NCBI GenBank assembly: GCA_036229005.1
Contig: JAZAMN010000031.1
Location: forward strand, 1 to 64,000
DNA length: 64,000 bases
Direction: 5' to 3'
Source: Myxococcota bacterium
Lineage (GTDB): Bacteria > Myxococcota_A > UBA796 > CAJQPC01
Shown here: positions 8,307 to 17,630 of the stretch, in pieces
Position numbering within the stretch: the first letter of the stretch is position 1
Layout of the letters: each line of letters begins with the position of its first letter
Position numbers and translations under genes: made by a program
Notes under the pieces: model-generated
Told to the model about the DNA's origin: nothing
The model's database searches: none
What the model saw: the letters and a program-made list of their open reading frames with translations, nothing else

Positions 8307-9566
8307 ATGTCCATCGTTCGTACGCGTCAGAGAAAGGGTGCGGTGCTGGTGTTCATCGCCATCGCGCTCGTGGTGCTCTTTGGCTTCGCCGCCCTGGCGA
8401 TCGACCTGAGCTACCACCGGACCCTGCAGCTCCAGGCCCAGAACGCCGCGGACGCAGCGAGCTACGCTGGCATGGTGGCGCTGCGCGAGTCGGACGACGA
8501 GACCGAGGCCTACAACGTGGCCCTGGCCATCCTGGAGCGCCACAAGGTTGGCGGCGAGATCCCGTCCGCCGACATCGTCATCGGGGAGTGGGACTTCAAC
8601 TCCGAGAGCTTCTCCGAGGGCCCCAACCCCAACGCCGTGCAGGTTGCGGTGCTGCGTGACAACACGACCACGACGGGTGGGCCGATCGGCTTCTTTGGGC
8701 CGGCGCTGGGCTACACCCTGCCCCAGGTGACGGCGGACGCGACGGCGGCGATCCACCCTCGCGACATCGTGTTCATCATGGACCAGAGCACCTCGATGGT
8801 CTCCACCGTGAGCTACGCGAAGGAGGGCCTGCTGGCCGCCCTGGACGTGGTCAAGGAGTCGGACCCCAATGGCCTGGACCGCGTGGCGCTGGTGGGCTTC
8901 TCCGAGGGCGCCCAGGTGATGACCCCGCTGCAGGAGGCCACCTCGAACTACGGCACGCTCTACAGCGACTGGAACGACGAGCTCTGCATCTGCGGCCTGG
9001 ACTGGTCCGGCTACAGCTCCTACTACGGCAACCAGAACTGGCAGTACCCCTACGGCAGCAACCACCACCCCCGCACGCCCGGTGACTACGCCTACGGCGG
9101 CGAGACCCACGCGGACCTGGCGGTGCCCTGCTGCTACCCCTACTGCAGCTCCTCTTCCCGAAACCCCAGTGTCTACCCCGGCTATGGCGGCACAACAAAC
9201 ACGGCCGAGGCAGCCCGCGTGGCCTACGAGCACCTGTCCACCTTCGGCCGCAACACCAGCTACAAGCTGATCGTGTTCCTGGGCGACGGGCAGCCCAACT
9301 GCTCGGGCCTGCGCTACGCAGCGGGTGCCTGCAGCAGCCACTCCGAGGTCATCAGCCTGACCGAGACCTACCTGGACGCAGCCGAGGCCGAGTACATCAA
9401 CACCACGACCATGTTCTTCAACGCATCGGGCAGCGACGCCTATGGTGAGGCGGTGTTCGAGGGCTTCGTGCGCGGTGATGGCAAGGCCTTCGCGACCTCG
9501 GACAAGGACGAGCTCAAGGAGATGTTCGAGGCCGCCGTCCGCACCCACGTCGCGCTGGTGGAGTGA
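8307..9566 (+). CDS. TadG-like pilin-domain plus VWA adhesin
   Basis: QRKG|AVLVFIAIALVVLFGFAALAIDLS...LQAQNAADAAS Tad motif, VWA MIDAS DQSTS, GTTNT and FLGDG. Confidence 0.88.
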   Translation: MSIVRTRQRKGAVLVFIAIALVVLFGFAALAIDLSYHRTLQLQAQNAADAASYAGMVALRESDDETEAYNVALAILERHKVGGEIPSADIVIGEWDFNSESFSEGPNPNAVQVAVLRDNTTTTGGPIGFFGPALGYTLPQVTADATAAIHPRDIVFIMDQSTSMVSTVSYAKEGLLAALDVVKESDPNGLDRVALVGFSEGAQVMTPLQEATSNYGTLYSDWNDELCICGLDWSGYSSYYGNQNWQYPYGSNHHPRTPGDYAYGGETHADLAVPCCYPYCSSSSRNPSVYPGYGGTTNTAEAARVAYEHLSTFGRNTSYKLIVFLGDGQPNCSGLRYAAGACSSHSEVISLTETYLDAAEAEYINTTTMFFNASGSDAYGEAVFEGFVRGDGKAFATSDKDELKEMFEAAVRTHVALVE

Positions 9567-10285
9567 GCATGCTGTTGTTCTGGCTCGCGTGTTCCTCGCC
9601 GGCCCCCCAGGTGCCGGCCCCGTCCGAGGCCCCAGAGGTCCAGGCGGTGGGGCCCAAGGTGGTGGACACCCTGGAGCCGCGCTTCACCCAGGAGCAGTTG
9701 GCGGACCACCCCGAGGCGGTGACGCTGGAGGGCTACCTCATCTGCCCCAAGGTCGAAGGGCCTTGGACCCTGGCGGTCTATTCGGCGCACCCGGAGTTCA
9801 CTGGCCCCAAGCCGGGCGAGCTGCCCTGGATGCCCCCGGTGACGACGGCTGGGATCGACAAGGCCGGGGTGTTCTCCCTGCGCACGCCCAAGGCCGAGAA
9901 GCTGCTGCTGATCGCCTTCCAGGACGGTGGCGCGGTGCAGGCGTTCACGGACGAGTCCGGCAGCTACATGCCGGTGGAGAGCGGGATCAAGGAGCTGGTG
10001 CTGGACTGCCGCTTCGAGCCGCAGTGGGCGGGCGCCGCGCCGACCAGGATGCAAGGGAAGCAGGTCGCCGCCAAGCCCAAGCGCAGCAGCGGTGACGACG
10101 CCTGGCTCTACGAGACGACCTCGGCCAAGCGGGACCTTCAGCACGACTACGACACCATCGAGGAAGGCATGGAGTACTACCTGGATGTGCTCGGAGACCG
10201 CCCGGACGCCGCAGACCTGGCCGCGTCCCTGGCGATGATGCCGGACCAGGACGCCGCCGAGCGGATCGCCCGGGAGATGCAATGA
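9563..10285 (+). CDS. Hypothetical protein, putative lipoprotein, within the Tad cassette
   Basis: MLLFWLAC lipobox-like start; overlaps both neighbours by 4 bp. Confidence 0.65.
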   Translation: MSMLLFWLACSSPAPQVPAPSEAPEVQAVGPKVVDTLEPRFTQEQLADHPEAVTLEGYLICPKVEGPWTLAVYSAHPEFTGPKPGELPWMPPVTTAGIDKAGVFSLRTPKAEKLLLIAFQDGGAVQAFTDESGSYMPVESGIKELVLDCRFEPQWAGAAPTRMQGKQVAAKPKRSSGDDAWLYETTSAKRDLQHDYDTIEEGMEYYLDVLGDRPDAADLAASLAMMPDQDAAERIAREMQ

Positions 10286-10689
10286 GCCGCCTGCTTCGCT
10301 CTCGCCGCGGCGCGAGCCACATCGAGTTCGCGCTGGTCGCCCCGGTGCTCATCGTGATCACATTCGCGATCGTCGAGTACGGGTGGATGTTCTACCAGCG
10401 CGCGTTCGTGCTGGACGCCGCCCGCCGGGGATGCCGCGCCGGCGCCGTGATGCACCCGGCCGAGGACTACGACCTCAAGGTGCAGCAGGTGACCCTGGCC
10501 CAGCTCGACGTCGGCGGCGTGGACTGCGACGCCCTGGACTGCGACGTCCGCACCAGCACCAGCGGCGACAGCCCCAAGGAGGTCCTGCACTGCGCCGTGG
10601 ACGTGGAGTACCGCGCAATCACTGGCCTGATGCCCGTCCCCGACAACGTCACCGCCGGCTACATCTACCACTTTGAGAGGCAGCGATGA
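10282..10689 (+). CDS. TadE-family minor pilin
   Basis: RRG|ASHIEFALVAPVLIVITFAIVEYG...AARRGCR prepilin motif with Glu+5. Confidence 0.9.
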   Translation: MSRLLRSRRGASHIEFALVAPVLIVITFAIVEYGWMFYQRAFVLDAARRGCRAGAVMHPAEDYDLKVQQVTLAQLDVGGVDCDALDCDVRTSTSGDSPKEVLHCAVDVEYRAITGLMPVPDNVTAGYIYHFERQR

Positions 10690-11123
10690 GCACCCGCCTG
10701 ACCCGTCGTCAACGGACCGGTGGCGCCGCCATCGAGTTCGGCCTGATCTTCCCCGTCCTGGTCGCCATCCTGGGCTCGGTCATCGAGTACGGGCTGATGT
10801 TCAACGAGTACCTCTCCGTGGTCAGCGCGACCCGCAACGGCGCTCGGTGGGGTGCCAACTGGACGGTGGACACCGGCGACTCCGAGGCCGAGGCCATCGA
10901 GCGTGTGCGCGAGTCGCTGGAGCTGGTGAGCCTGTCCTGCAGTGAGGCCCAGCAGGACAACGGGGAATGCTCGGTGACCGCCGTGACCGACACGCTGCCG
11001 ACCTACGGCTACACCTACGTCGAGGTCACCACCCGCCTGGACTACAGCCCCATCTTTGGCGGGCTGCTCCCCTACCCTGACCAGCTCGTCTACACCGCCA
11101 CGATGGTGACCGCTGACCAGTAG
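10686..11123 (+). CDS. TadE-family minor pilin
   Basis: RTG|GAAIEFGLIFPVLVAILGSVIEYG...ATRNGAR. Confidence 0.9.
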   Translation: MSTRLTRRQRTGGAAIEFGLIFPVLVAILGSVIEYGLMFNEYLSVVSATRNGARWGANWTVDTGDSEAEAIERVRESLELVSLSCSEAQQDNGECSVTAVTDTLPTYGYTYVEVTTRLDYSPIFGGLLPYPDQLVYTATMVTADQ

Positions 11124-11151
11124 CCGCTGACCAGTGGCCGCTGACCAGTGG
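11110..11151. repeat. 14-bp tandem repeat, three copies (CCGCTGACCAGTRG), spanning the tadE stop codon
   Basis: CCGCTGACCAGTAG CCGCTGACCAGTGG CCGCTGACCAGTGG, followed by a partial CTGCTG. Confidence 0.85.
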
Positions 11152-11183
11152 CTGCTGGGAGCCTCCCCAGGTAGCCTGAGCCC

Positions 11184-12344
11184 ATGCAAGCCATCACACT
11201 GCGCGGGACCTGGGCCCCGCGACCCGAGCTCCGCCTCCCCAAGCACCTGCTGGACCAGCAGCTCGCCCCGGGGAGCCTGGCCTGGAAGGACCCCCGCTTC
11301 GAGGCGGGCGCGGTCCCCGACCCCACCCCCGGTCACGGCGAGGTGGTCGTCCGCGTGCGCCGCGTGGGCGTGTGCGGCTCCGACACCCACTGCTACGAGA
11401 CGGACGAGGAGGGCTATGTCCTGTTCTCCGGGCCGATGCGCATGCCGGTCATCCCGGGCCATGAGTACAGCGGCGAGGTGGTGGCGTTGGGGCCTGGCGT
11501 CCAGAGCCTGCGCGTGGGCCAACTGGTGGCCGCCGAGGGCATGCTCAACTGCGGGGTCTGCGAGGCCTGCCGCAGCTTCCAGCCCAACCAGTGCCCCAAG
11601 CTGCACATGGTCGGCTTCTCATCCCCGGGCGCGTACGCCGAGTACATCACCGTGCACGAGCGCTTCTGCTGGAGCCTGGACGGGCTGGCTGAGGCCCGGG
11701 GCTCCAAGGAGGAGGCCTTGGAGCTGGGCGCCCTGATCGAGCCCATCTCCTGCCCCTACAACGGCATCTGGGTCGCAGGCCGCGGGATGAAGCCGGGGGC
11801 CCACGTGGTGGTCTACGGCTGCGGGCCGATCGGCCTTGGGGCGGTGGCGCTGTGCCGGGCCGCCGGAGCCGCCTCCATCCTGGCGGTGGACCCTTCTCCC
11901 CAGCGGCGCGAGCTGGCCCTGGCGATGGGCGCTGACCGGGCGCTGGACCCCATCGGGATGGAGCGGGGCGCGCTGGCCCAGTCTGTCCTCGACAGCACCC
12001 ACGGCTGGGGAGCTGATCTACAGGTCGAAGCGGCCGGAGCGGCGGGCCAACTCATGCCGGAGATCGAGGGCTGCCTCGCCCCCGGAGGAGAGATGGTCTA
12101 CCTGGGCCGCACCGGAGAGCGCGCGCCCGTGATGCTGGACGCCCTGGTCACTGGCGCCGCCGGCATCCACGGCGCCCGGGGCCACGTGGGTGGAGGCTGC
12201 TTCCCGCGCGTGATCCGCCTGCTCGAGGCCGACCGCATCGCCGCGGCGCCCATGATCACCGCGCACATGCCTTTCTCAGAGTTTGGTCAGGCCATGGAGC
12301 GGAGCTGCCTGCGCAGCGACGGGAAGATCCTGGTCACCTTCTGA
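11184..12344 (+). CDS. iolM: Zn-dependent dehydrogenase, scyllo-inosose 3-dehydrogenase (IolM)-like
   Basis: CGSD, GHE and the CGVCEAC..C Zn site, plus GCGPIG. The N-terminal extension (LRGTWAPRPELRL...GSLAWKDP), ETDEEGYVL and GHVGGGCFPRVI recall Thermotoga IolM. Confidence 0.7.
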   Translation: MQAITLRGTWAPRPELRLPKHLLDQQLAPGSLAWKDPRFEAGAVPDPTPGHGEVVVRVRRVGVCGSDTHCYETDEEGYVLFSGPMRMPVIPGHEYSGEVVALGPGVQSLRVGQLVAAEGMLNCGVCEACRSFQPNQCPKLHMVGFSSPGAYAEYITVHERFCWSLDGLAEARGSKEEALELGALIEPISCPYNGIWVAGRGMKPGAHVVVYGCGPIGLGAVALCRAAGAASILAVDPSPQRRELALAMGADRALDPIGMERGALAQSVLDSTHGWGADLQVEAAGAAGQLMPEIEGCLAPGGEMVYLGRTGERAPVMLDALVTGAAGIHGARGHVGGGCFPRVIRLLEADRIAAAPMITAHMPFSEFGQAMERSCLRSDGKILVTF

Positions 12345-12400
12345 GAGCGGGGGCCTCAACCGCTGGGGCCTGGGATCCGATCCCTGCGCCAGGAGTCCCC

Positions 12401-12829
12401 ATGCATCCCGAGATCCTGCCCAGCAGCGCCCTGACCTACCTGCCGGAGCTGCACCGCTCCCCGAGCGCTCCGCTGCCCCATCTGCTCCGCTCCGAGCGGG
12501 TCCAGTTGCGCAGCTTTGAGGAGCACGTGGAGGCCCTCCAGGGTGCCGCACTGGACCCTCTGCACTTGCTGCTGCGCTCGAGCATGGAGCCGGCTGCGTT
12601 CGCAAGCGAGGACACTCTGGCGGCGGCTGCGGTGCTCAAAGCCGAGCACGACCTGGCGCAGCTCAGCTCGGCGGCGGCCCAACTGGTGGATGGCTGGGAC
12701 GCGCCTCTGCAGGAGGACCTGGACCGGCTCAGGCGCCACCGCCCCCGCAATGGGGTCCTCAAGCGCGCCTGGCATGGGGTGATGACCGCCATTCAGCAGA
12801 CCCTGGTCCCCGAGGCGCTGGCCGCCTGA
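12401..12829 (+). CDS. Hypothetical protein
   Basis: AGGAG RBS, ATG start and GC3-rich codons. Confidence 0.55.
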   Translation: MHPEILPSSALTYLPELHRSPSAPLPHLLRSERVQLRSFEEHVEALQGAALDPLHLLLRSSMEPAAFASEDTLAAAAVLKAEHDLAQLSSAAAQLVDGWDAPLQEDLDRLRRHRPRNGVLKRAWHGVMTAIQQTLVPEALAA

Positions 12830-12951
12830 GTCCGGAGGGGGAAGCCCGCTGACCTGAGCAGGCGCAGGACCATGCGCCCGCCCCCGCGTTGACCCCCGAA
12901 ACGCGCCCATGGTACTCAGTCCCAGCAGAGTGCAACCCAGCGGAGTTCCTT

Positions 12952-14778
12952 TTGGGCAAGGCCATTGGCATCGACCTCGGCACGACCAACTCGTGCGCGG
13001 CCATCTTCGAGAACGGAAAGGCCCGCCTCATCACCTACAAGGGCGGTGAGACGACCATTCCCTCGGTGTTCGCCATCGACGACGAAGGCAATCGCCTGGT
13101 CGGTCACGAGGCAAAGAAGCAGGCGCAGCTGAATCCCCAGAATACGGTTGCGGCCTCCAAGCGGTTGATCGGACGAAACTTCCACTCCAAGACCATCGAC
13201 AAGGTGCGGCAGGTCTTCACCTACGAGCTGGTCGAGGGAGAGCAGTCCGACATCCTGATCAAGGTCAAGGACCAGGTGTTCACCCTGGAGCAGATCTCGG
13301 CCGCGATCCTTCGGGAGATCAAGCGCGTCGCCGAGGACGCTCTGGGCGAGGAGGTGGACCAGGCGGTGATCACCGTCCCGGCCTACTTCAACGACCGGCA
13401 GCGGCAGGCCGTCCGTTCCGCGGGTGCCCTGGCGAACCTCAAGGTGCTGCGGGTGCTCAACGAGCCCACCGCGGCCGCGCTGGCCTACGGGCTGGGGCGC
13501 AACCTGAGCGCGCGCGTTGGCGTCTACGATCTCGGCGGCGGCACCTTTGACATCTCGGTCATCGACATCAAGGACCGGATCTTCGAGGTGGTGGCCACCG
13601 GCGGTGACACCTTCCTGGGCGGCGTCGACTTTGACGACCGCGTCATGCAGAAGATCCTCAAGGACTTCCTGGACCAGCACGGCGTGGACCTGTCCTGGGA
13701 CCGCGTGGCGATCCAGCGCATCCGCGATGCGGCCGAGGAAGCCAAGATCAAGCTGTCCACGGTCAGCAGCACCCGCATCCACGTTCCCTACATCTCCAAC
13801 GGAGAGCAGGGCCCCCTGGACGTGGACCTGGAGCTGACCCGGGCGGAGCTTGAGGAGATCACCAACGATCTGGTCAAGCGCACGATCCAGACCTGCGAGC
13901 GCATCATCGGCGAGGCCGGCTGCCAGGTGAAGGACATCGACGAGATGCTCCTGGTCGGCGGTCAGTCCCGCATGCCCCTGGTCCAGAACCAGGTCACAGA
14001 CTTCATCGGCAAGCCCCCCTCCAAGGGCGTGAACCCCGATGAGGCCGTCGCCATCGGCGCCGCCATGATGGCCCACAGCCTGGCCGGCACCGGCGACGGC
14101 ACCGAGGGCCTGACCCTGCTCGACGTCTTGCCCATGCCCATCGGCATCAACAAGACCGACGGCACCATGCACGTGCTGTTCAAGAAGAACCAGCCGCTGC
14201 CGGACTACAAGACCCGCACGCTCACCACCTCGAAGGATGAGCAGCGCAGCATCATGCTCCGCCTCTACCAGGGCGAGTCCAAGTACTGCGAGGACAACGA
14301 GCTGCTGGGCACCTTTGTGTTCTCGGGCATCCGCAAGGCGCCCAAGGGCAAGGTGCAGATCGAGGTCACCTTCCACATCGACTCCGAGGGCATCCTGGGC
14401 CTGACCGCGCGCGACAAGGCGACCGGTCAGACCGTCGAGTCCCTGCTCAAGCTGGGCAAGGGCGGCCGCGGCGCCGAGAAGAAGAAGAAGCGGAAGAAGG
14501 CCGCTCCGACCGAGACCGCGCCCAAGGCCGCGCCCACCCCGCTCACCATGCCCACCTCCGGTCTGGCGGAGCAGCTCGCGGCCGAGAAGGGCGCCGGAGA
14601 GGGCCCCGCTCCCAAGGACCAGCCGATCGCCGACAAGGCGGACGCGGCACAGGACATGCGCAAGACGGTCACCCCCGACGAGCCGTCCAAGAAGGACGAC
14701 AAGCAGGAGATCGCCAAGCCCAAGGAAGAGAAGAAGGGCTTCTGGGCGTGGCTCAAGGGCCTGTTCGGACTCTCCTGA
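12952..14778 (+). CDS. Hsp70/DnaK-family protein (atypical, lid-less paralog)
   Basis: GIDLGTTNS, TVPAYFND, NEPTAAALAYG, DLGGGTFD, VGGQSRMP and NPDEAVA. The TTG start follows GGAG. Confidence 0.93.
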   Translation: MGKAIGIDLGTTNSCAAIFENGKARLITYKGGETTIPSVFAIDDEGNRLVGHEAKKQAQLNPQNTVAASKRLIGRNFHSKTIDKVRQVFTYELVEGEQSDILIKVKDQVFTLEQISAAILREIKRVAEDALGEEVDQAVITVPAYFNDRQRQAVRSAGALANLKVLRVLNEPTAAALAYGLGRNLSARVGVYDLGGGTFDISVIDIKDRIFEVVATGGDTFLGGVDFDDRVMQKILKDFLDQHGVDLSWDRVAIQRIRDAAEEAKIKLSTVSSTRIHVPYISNGEQGPLDVDLELTRAELEEITNDLVKRTIQTCERIIGEAGCQVKDIDEMLLVGGQSRMPLVQNQVTDFIGKPPSKGVNPDEAVAIGAAMMAHSLAGTGDGTEGLTLLDVLPMPIGINKTDGTMHVLFKKNQPLPDYKTRTLTTSKDEQRSIMLRLYQGESKYCEDNELLGTFVFSGIRKAPKGKVQIEVTFHIDSEGILGLTARDKATGQTVESLLKLGKGGRGAEKKKKRKKAAPTETAPKAAPTPLTMPTSGLAEQLAAEKGAGEGPAPKDQPIADKADAAQDMRKTVTPDEPSKKDDKQEIAKPKEEKKGFWAWLKGLFGLS

Positions 14779-15606
14779 GTGTCTGCCTCCGACCCTCGGC
14801 CGGGGCAGACCCTGGCCCAAGATGTGGTCATCGTCCTGGTCAACCCCCTGTTCCCCGGGAACGTGGGGGCGACCGCCCGCGCGATGGCCAACTTCGGTCT
14901 GCGTGAGCTGGTCCTGGTGGACCCGCTCGCCTTCGATCTGGAGCGCGCCCGCTGGATGGCGACCAGCGGCAAACCCGTCCTGGACGCCTGCCGTATTGTC
15001 GGCACCCTGGACGAGGCCTTGGAGGGCGTGGATCTGGCCATCGCGACCACCGCTCGGAAGCGCCGCTGGCGCTGGCCGGTGTACACGCCGCGCAGCCTGG
15101 GGGACCGCATCTTCGACGCCCCCGGTGGCCGCACCGCCATCCTGTTCGGCCGCGAGGACTTCGGCCTGGACAACGAAGCCGTGGCCCGCTGCCAGGGGAT
15201 CCTGCGCATCCCCACTGGCCCCAAGGCCAGCCTGAACCTGGGCCAGGCCGTGCTCCTGACGGTCAGCCGGCTGCACGAGTCCGCGCGGGACCGCGGCTGG
15301 CGCCCGGAAGAGGAGCAGGAGGCCCTGGAGGACGGGGACACGCCCCACCGCCTGGAGGTGCCCAAGGGCAGCGGCCCCAAGCCCAAGAAGGTGGCTCCCC
15401 TCCCCCTGCAGAACGCGGCGATCCAGCGGGCCCTGGATGTGCTGGAGCGCACCGCCTACGGGCGGGGCTGGAGCCGCGAGCTGGTGCAGGTCACGCTGAG
15501 CCAGGTGCTCCAGCGGGCCGAGCCGACGCCGCAGGAGGTGCAGGCCATGCTCGGGATGCTGGCCAAGACCGCCTACGCGGTGGAGAACGGCCCCGACGAG
15601 CGCTGA
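14779..15606 (+). CDS. trmJ: TrmJ/LasT-family SPOUT tRNA methyltransferase
   Basis: PGNVGATARAMANFG, ATTARKR, LFGREDFGL and SLNLGQAV. Confidence 0.88.
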   Translation: MSASDPRPGQTLAQDVVIVLVNPLFPGNVGATARAMANFGLRELVLVDPLAFDLERARWMATSGKPVLDACRIVGTLDEALEGVDLAIATTARKRRWRWPVYTPRSLGDRIFDAPGGRTAILFGREDFGLDNEAVARCQGILRIPTGPKASLNLGQAVLLTVSRLHESARDRGWRPEEEQEALEDGDTPHRLEVPKGSGPKPKKVAPLPLQNAAIQRALDVLERTAYGRGWSRELVQVTLSQVLQRAEPTPQEVQAMLGMLAKTAYAVENGPDER

Positions 15607-15618
15607 GCGTCCCGGCGC

Positions 15619-16335
15619 CTACTGCGTCAGGGTGTCCTCGCAGGGGATGAAGCCCTTGTAGAGGGTGTGCTGCTCGACGTGAATCGGTATGCCCCGGACG
15701 CGGACCTTGAATGCGATCCGCTCCTCCTGGGGGAGCCCCTGAGCGTCCAAGCGCTGATCCAGTCGCAGCTCGCGGACCAGCATGTGCTCGCTGCGCGCGC
15801 TGTCCGCCTGGGTGAGGAGGCGGCGCACCTGTCCCCCAGGCAACACCCAGACCTCCTGCATGAGCTCACCGCGGCGGTTGTTGGCCCCCAGGGAGCGCTC
15901 CAGCACGTAGGCCTCCTGCTCGTCGACCTGGCCGGGGCGGACGCTGAGGGTGGAGACCTCGCCGCGCAGGCTGTCGATCACGTACTCCAGCGGCTGGATG
16001 GGGCTCTGCTCCGCTTGCGCTTCTGCGTCGGAGTAGTCCGGGGGCGGTCGGCGCCCGAAGAGCGGGGGGATGGCCGGGAACTGGTCGACCTGGATGCTGC
16101 TGTCGGGATCTCCGGGGTCGACGCTGTGCAGCGCGAGCTCCTGCCATACGCCGCCCTCCAGGCGCCCGGTCAGGCTGTAGGACTCGATGTCGTGGAAGAC
16201 GCCGAGGGCGCGGTATTCGAGCGCGATGCTCCCCTGGGCCACAAGGCAGCTCCCTTGGTAGTCCAGCGCCTGGTCGGCCGCGTTGCTGAGGGCGCTCAGG
16301 TCCGGCTCGGGCAACAGGGCCAGCATCCACCACAT
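15619..16335 (-). CDS. Hypothetical exported protein
   Basis: AAGGAGG RBS before MWWMLALL; beta-rich body; fills the gap on the minus strand. Confidence 0.6.
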   Translation of the reverse strand: MWWMLALLPEPDLSALSNAADQALDYQGSCLVAQGSIALEYRALGVFHDIESYSLTGRLEGGVWQELALHSVDPGDPDSSIQVDQFPAIPPLFGRRPPPDYSDAEAQAEQSPIQPLEYVIDSLRGEVSTLSVRPGQVDEQEAYVLERSLGANNRRGELMQEVWVLPGGQVRRLLTQADSARSEHMLVRELRLDQRLDAQGLPQEERIAFKVRVRGIPIHVEQHTLYKGFIPCEDTLTQ

Positions 16336-16458
16336 CGCAGCCTCCTTGGGGACGGAGTGTACGGCCCCCGCTGACAAGATCTTTCCCCCAGAGGTGCGCT
16401 GGGTGGGCCGATTGCGTTAGAACTGCGGCCCACTAACCATCCTTGAAAGGAGCTCGAC

Positions 16459-16737
16459 GTGGATAAGAAGGAACTGGCCATGGTTGGCGTGACCCTCGCC
16501 TCCCTGGGCGTCATCCCGTTCTTCTTCACCGATGCCTTCGCCGCCGGCTTCTTTGGCCACGAAAAGGCCACGCCCAACTGCAGCGGCTACGAAGAGTGCG
16601 TGACCGAGTGCGCCGAGACCGGCCCCTCCGAGCAGTACTGCGCCTTCGAGCAGTGCGCCGCGGAGAAGCTCTACGGCCCCACCATGGTGTTCGAGTGCCG
16701 CGAGGCCTTCGCCGACAAGGGCGCCGCCGCCAAGTAG
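16459..16737 (+). CDS. Small membrane-anchored Cys-rich protein
   Basis: AAGGAG RBS, GTG start, N-terminal hydrophobic segment, six Cys and strong codon bias. Confidence 0.7.
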   Translation: MDKKELAMVGVTLASLGVIPFFFTDAFAAGFFGHEKATPNCSGYEECVTECAETGPSEQYCAFEQCAAEKLYGPTMVFECREAFADKGAAAK

Positions 16738-16744
16738 CGGCCCC

Positions 16745-17614
16745 TCAGCGTTCCGAGCGGGACGCGATCGCGACGCCGACCAGGATCAGCGCCCCCGCCC
16801 CAAGCTCGGCGGGCTGGGGGTATTGGTCCAAGAGCAGCATGCCCAGCAGCGTCGCACCGACGGGCTCCAGCAGGATCAAGGTGGCCACCAGGCTCGCCTT
16901 GACCGTGCGCATGGCGTAGGCGAACCCGATATGCCCCAGGATCTGCGGGCCGATCGCCATGCCCAGCAGCGCCGCCCAGCTCCCCAGCCCGAAGCCCCAG
17001 ATGGGCCCCGAGATCAGCGCGATCGGGAGCAGCCAGAGCGCCGCGGAGCCACAAACCAGCGCCCCGTAGGCCCCCGCGGAGACCCGCTGCCGCAGGCGCC
17101 TGCCGATCATCAGGTAGGTGGACGACAGGATCCCCCCGACCAGGGCGAGCCCGTCGCCGATCGGGTCACCTCCCTTGAGGCCCTCAGTGCTGCCGAGTCC
17201 CATGAGCACCACGCCGGCCAGAGCGGTGAGCACACCCAGCCAGAAAGGCCGCGAAGGTGCCCTCCCCTCGACCTTCCACTCCATCAGACCCACCCAGAGG
17301 GGCGCGAGGGTGACCAGCACGACGGAGCGCATGACCGAGATGCGCTGGAGGGAGGCGATCCAGGTCCAGAAGTGCAGCGCCAGGCAGAGGCCGCCCAGGA
17401 GCAGCGGGACGATCACGCGGCGGTCCAGGCCCTCGCGACCAGTTGCGCTGAGCAGCGCCGGGGAGAGCATCAGGCCCGCGAGCGCCACACGCCAGAAGCC
17501 GATGGAGGCCGCCGGGAGATCCCCAGCCATCACCGCCAACACGCCCCCCGCGCTGATCGCGACCACGGCCGCCGCCAGGGAGAGCAGGACCTTTGGGGGG
17601 TGGGGGCTCCGCAT
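16745..17614 (-). CDS. DMT/EamA-family transporter
   Basis: About 10 TM segments, LALHFWTWIASL, GDGLAL and LLEPVGATLLG. Confidence 0.9.
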   Translation of the reverse strand: MRSPHPPKVLLSLAAAVVAISAGGVLAVMAGDLPAASIGFWRVALAGLMLSPALLSATGREGLDRRVIVPLLLGGLCLALHFWTWIASLQRISVMRSVVLVTLAPLWVGLMEWKVEGRAPSRPFWLGVLTALAGVVLMGLGSTEGLKGGDPIGDGLALVGGILSSTYLMIGRRLRQRVSAGAYGALVCGSAALWLLPIALISGPIWGFGLGSWAALLGMAIGPQILGHIGFAYAMRTVKASLVATLILLEPVGATLLGMLLLDQYPQPAELGAGALILVGVAIASRSER

Positions 17615-17630
17615 TGGGTAGGCTGGCCTC

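Noticed and set aside
12889..12951. Upstream TTG start for Hsp70
   Set aside because: Homology starts at GKAIGIDLG, and GGAG precedes the TTG at 12952; TTGACC at 12889 is more likely promoter sequence.
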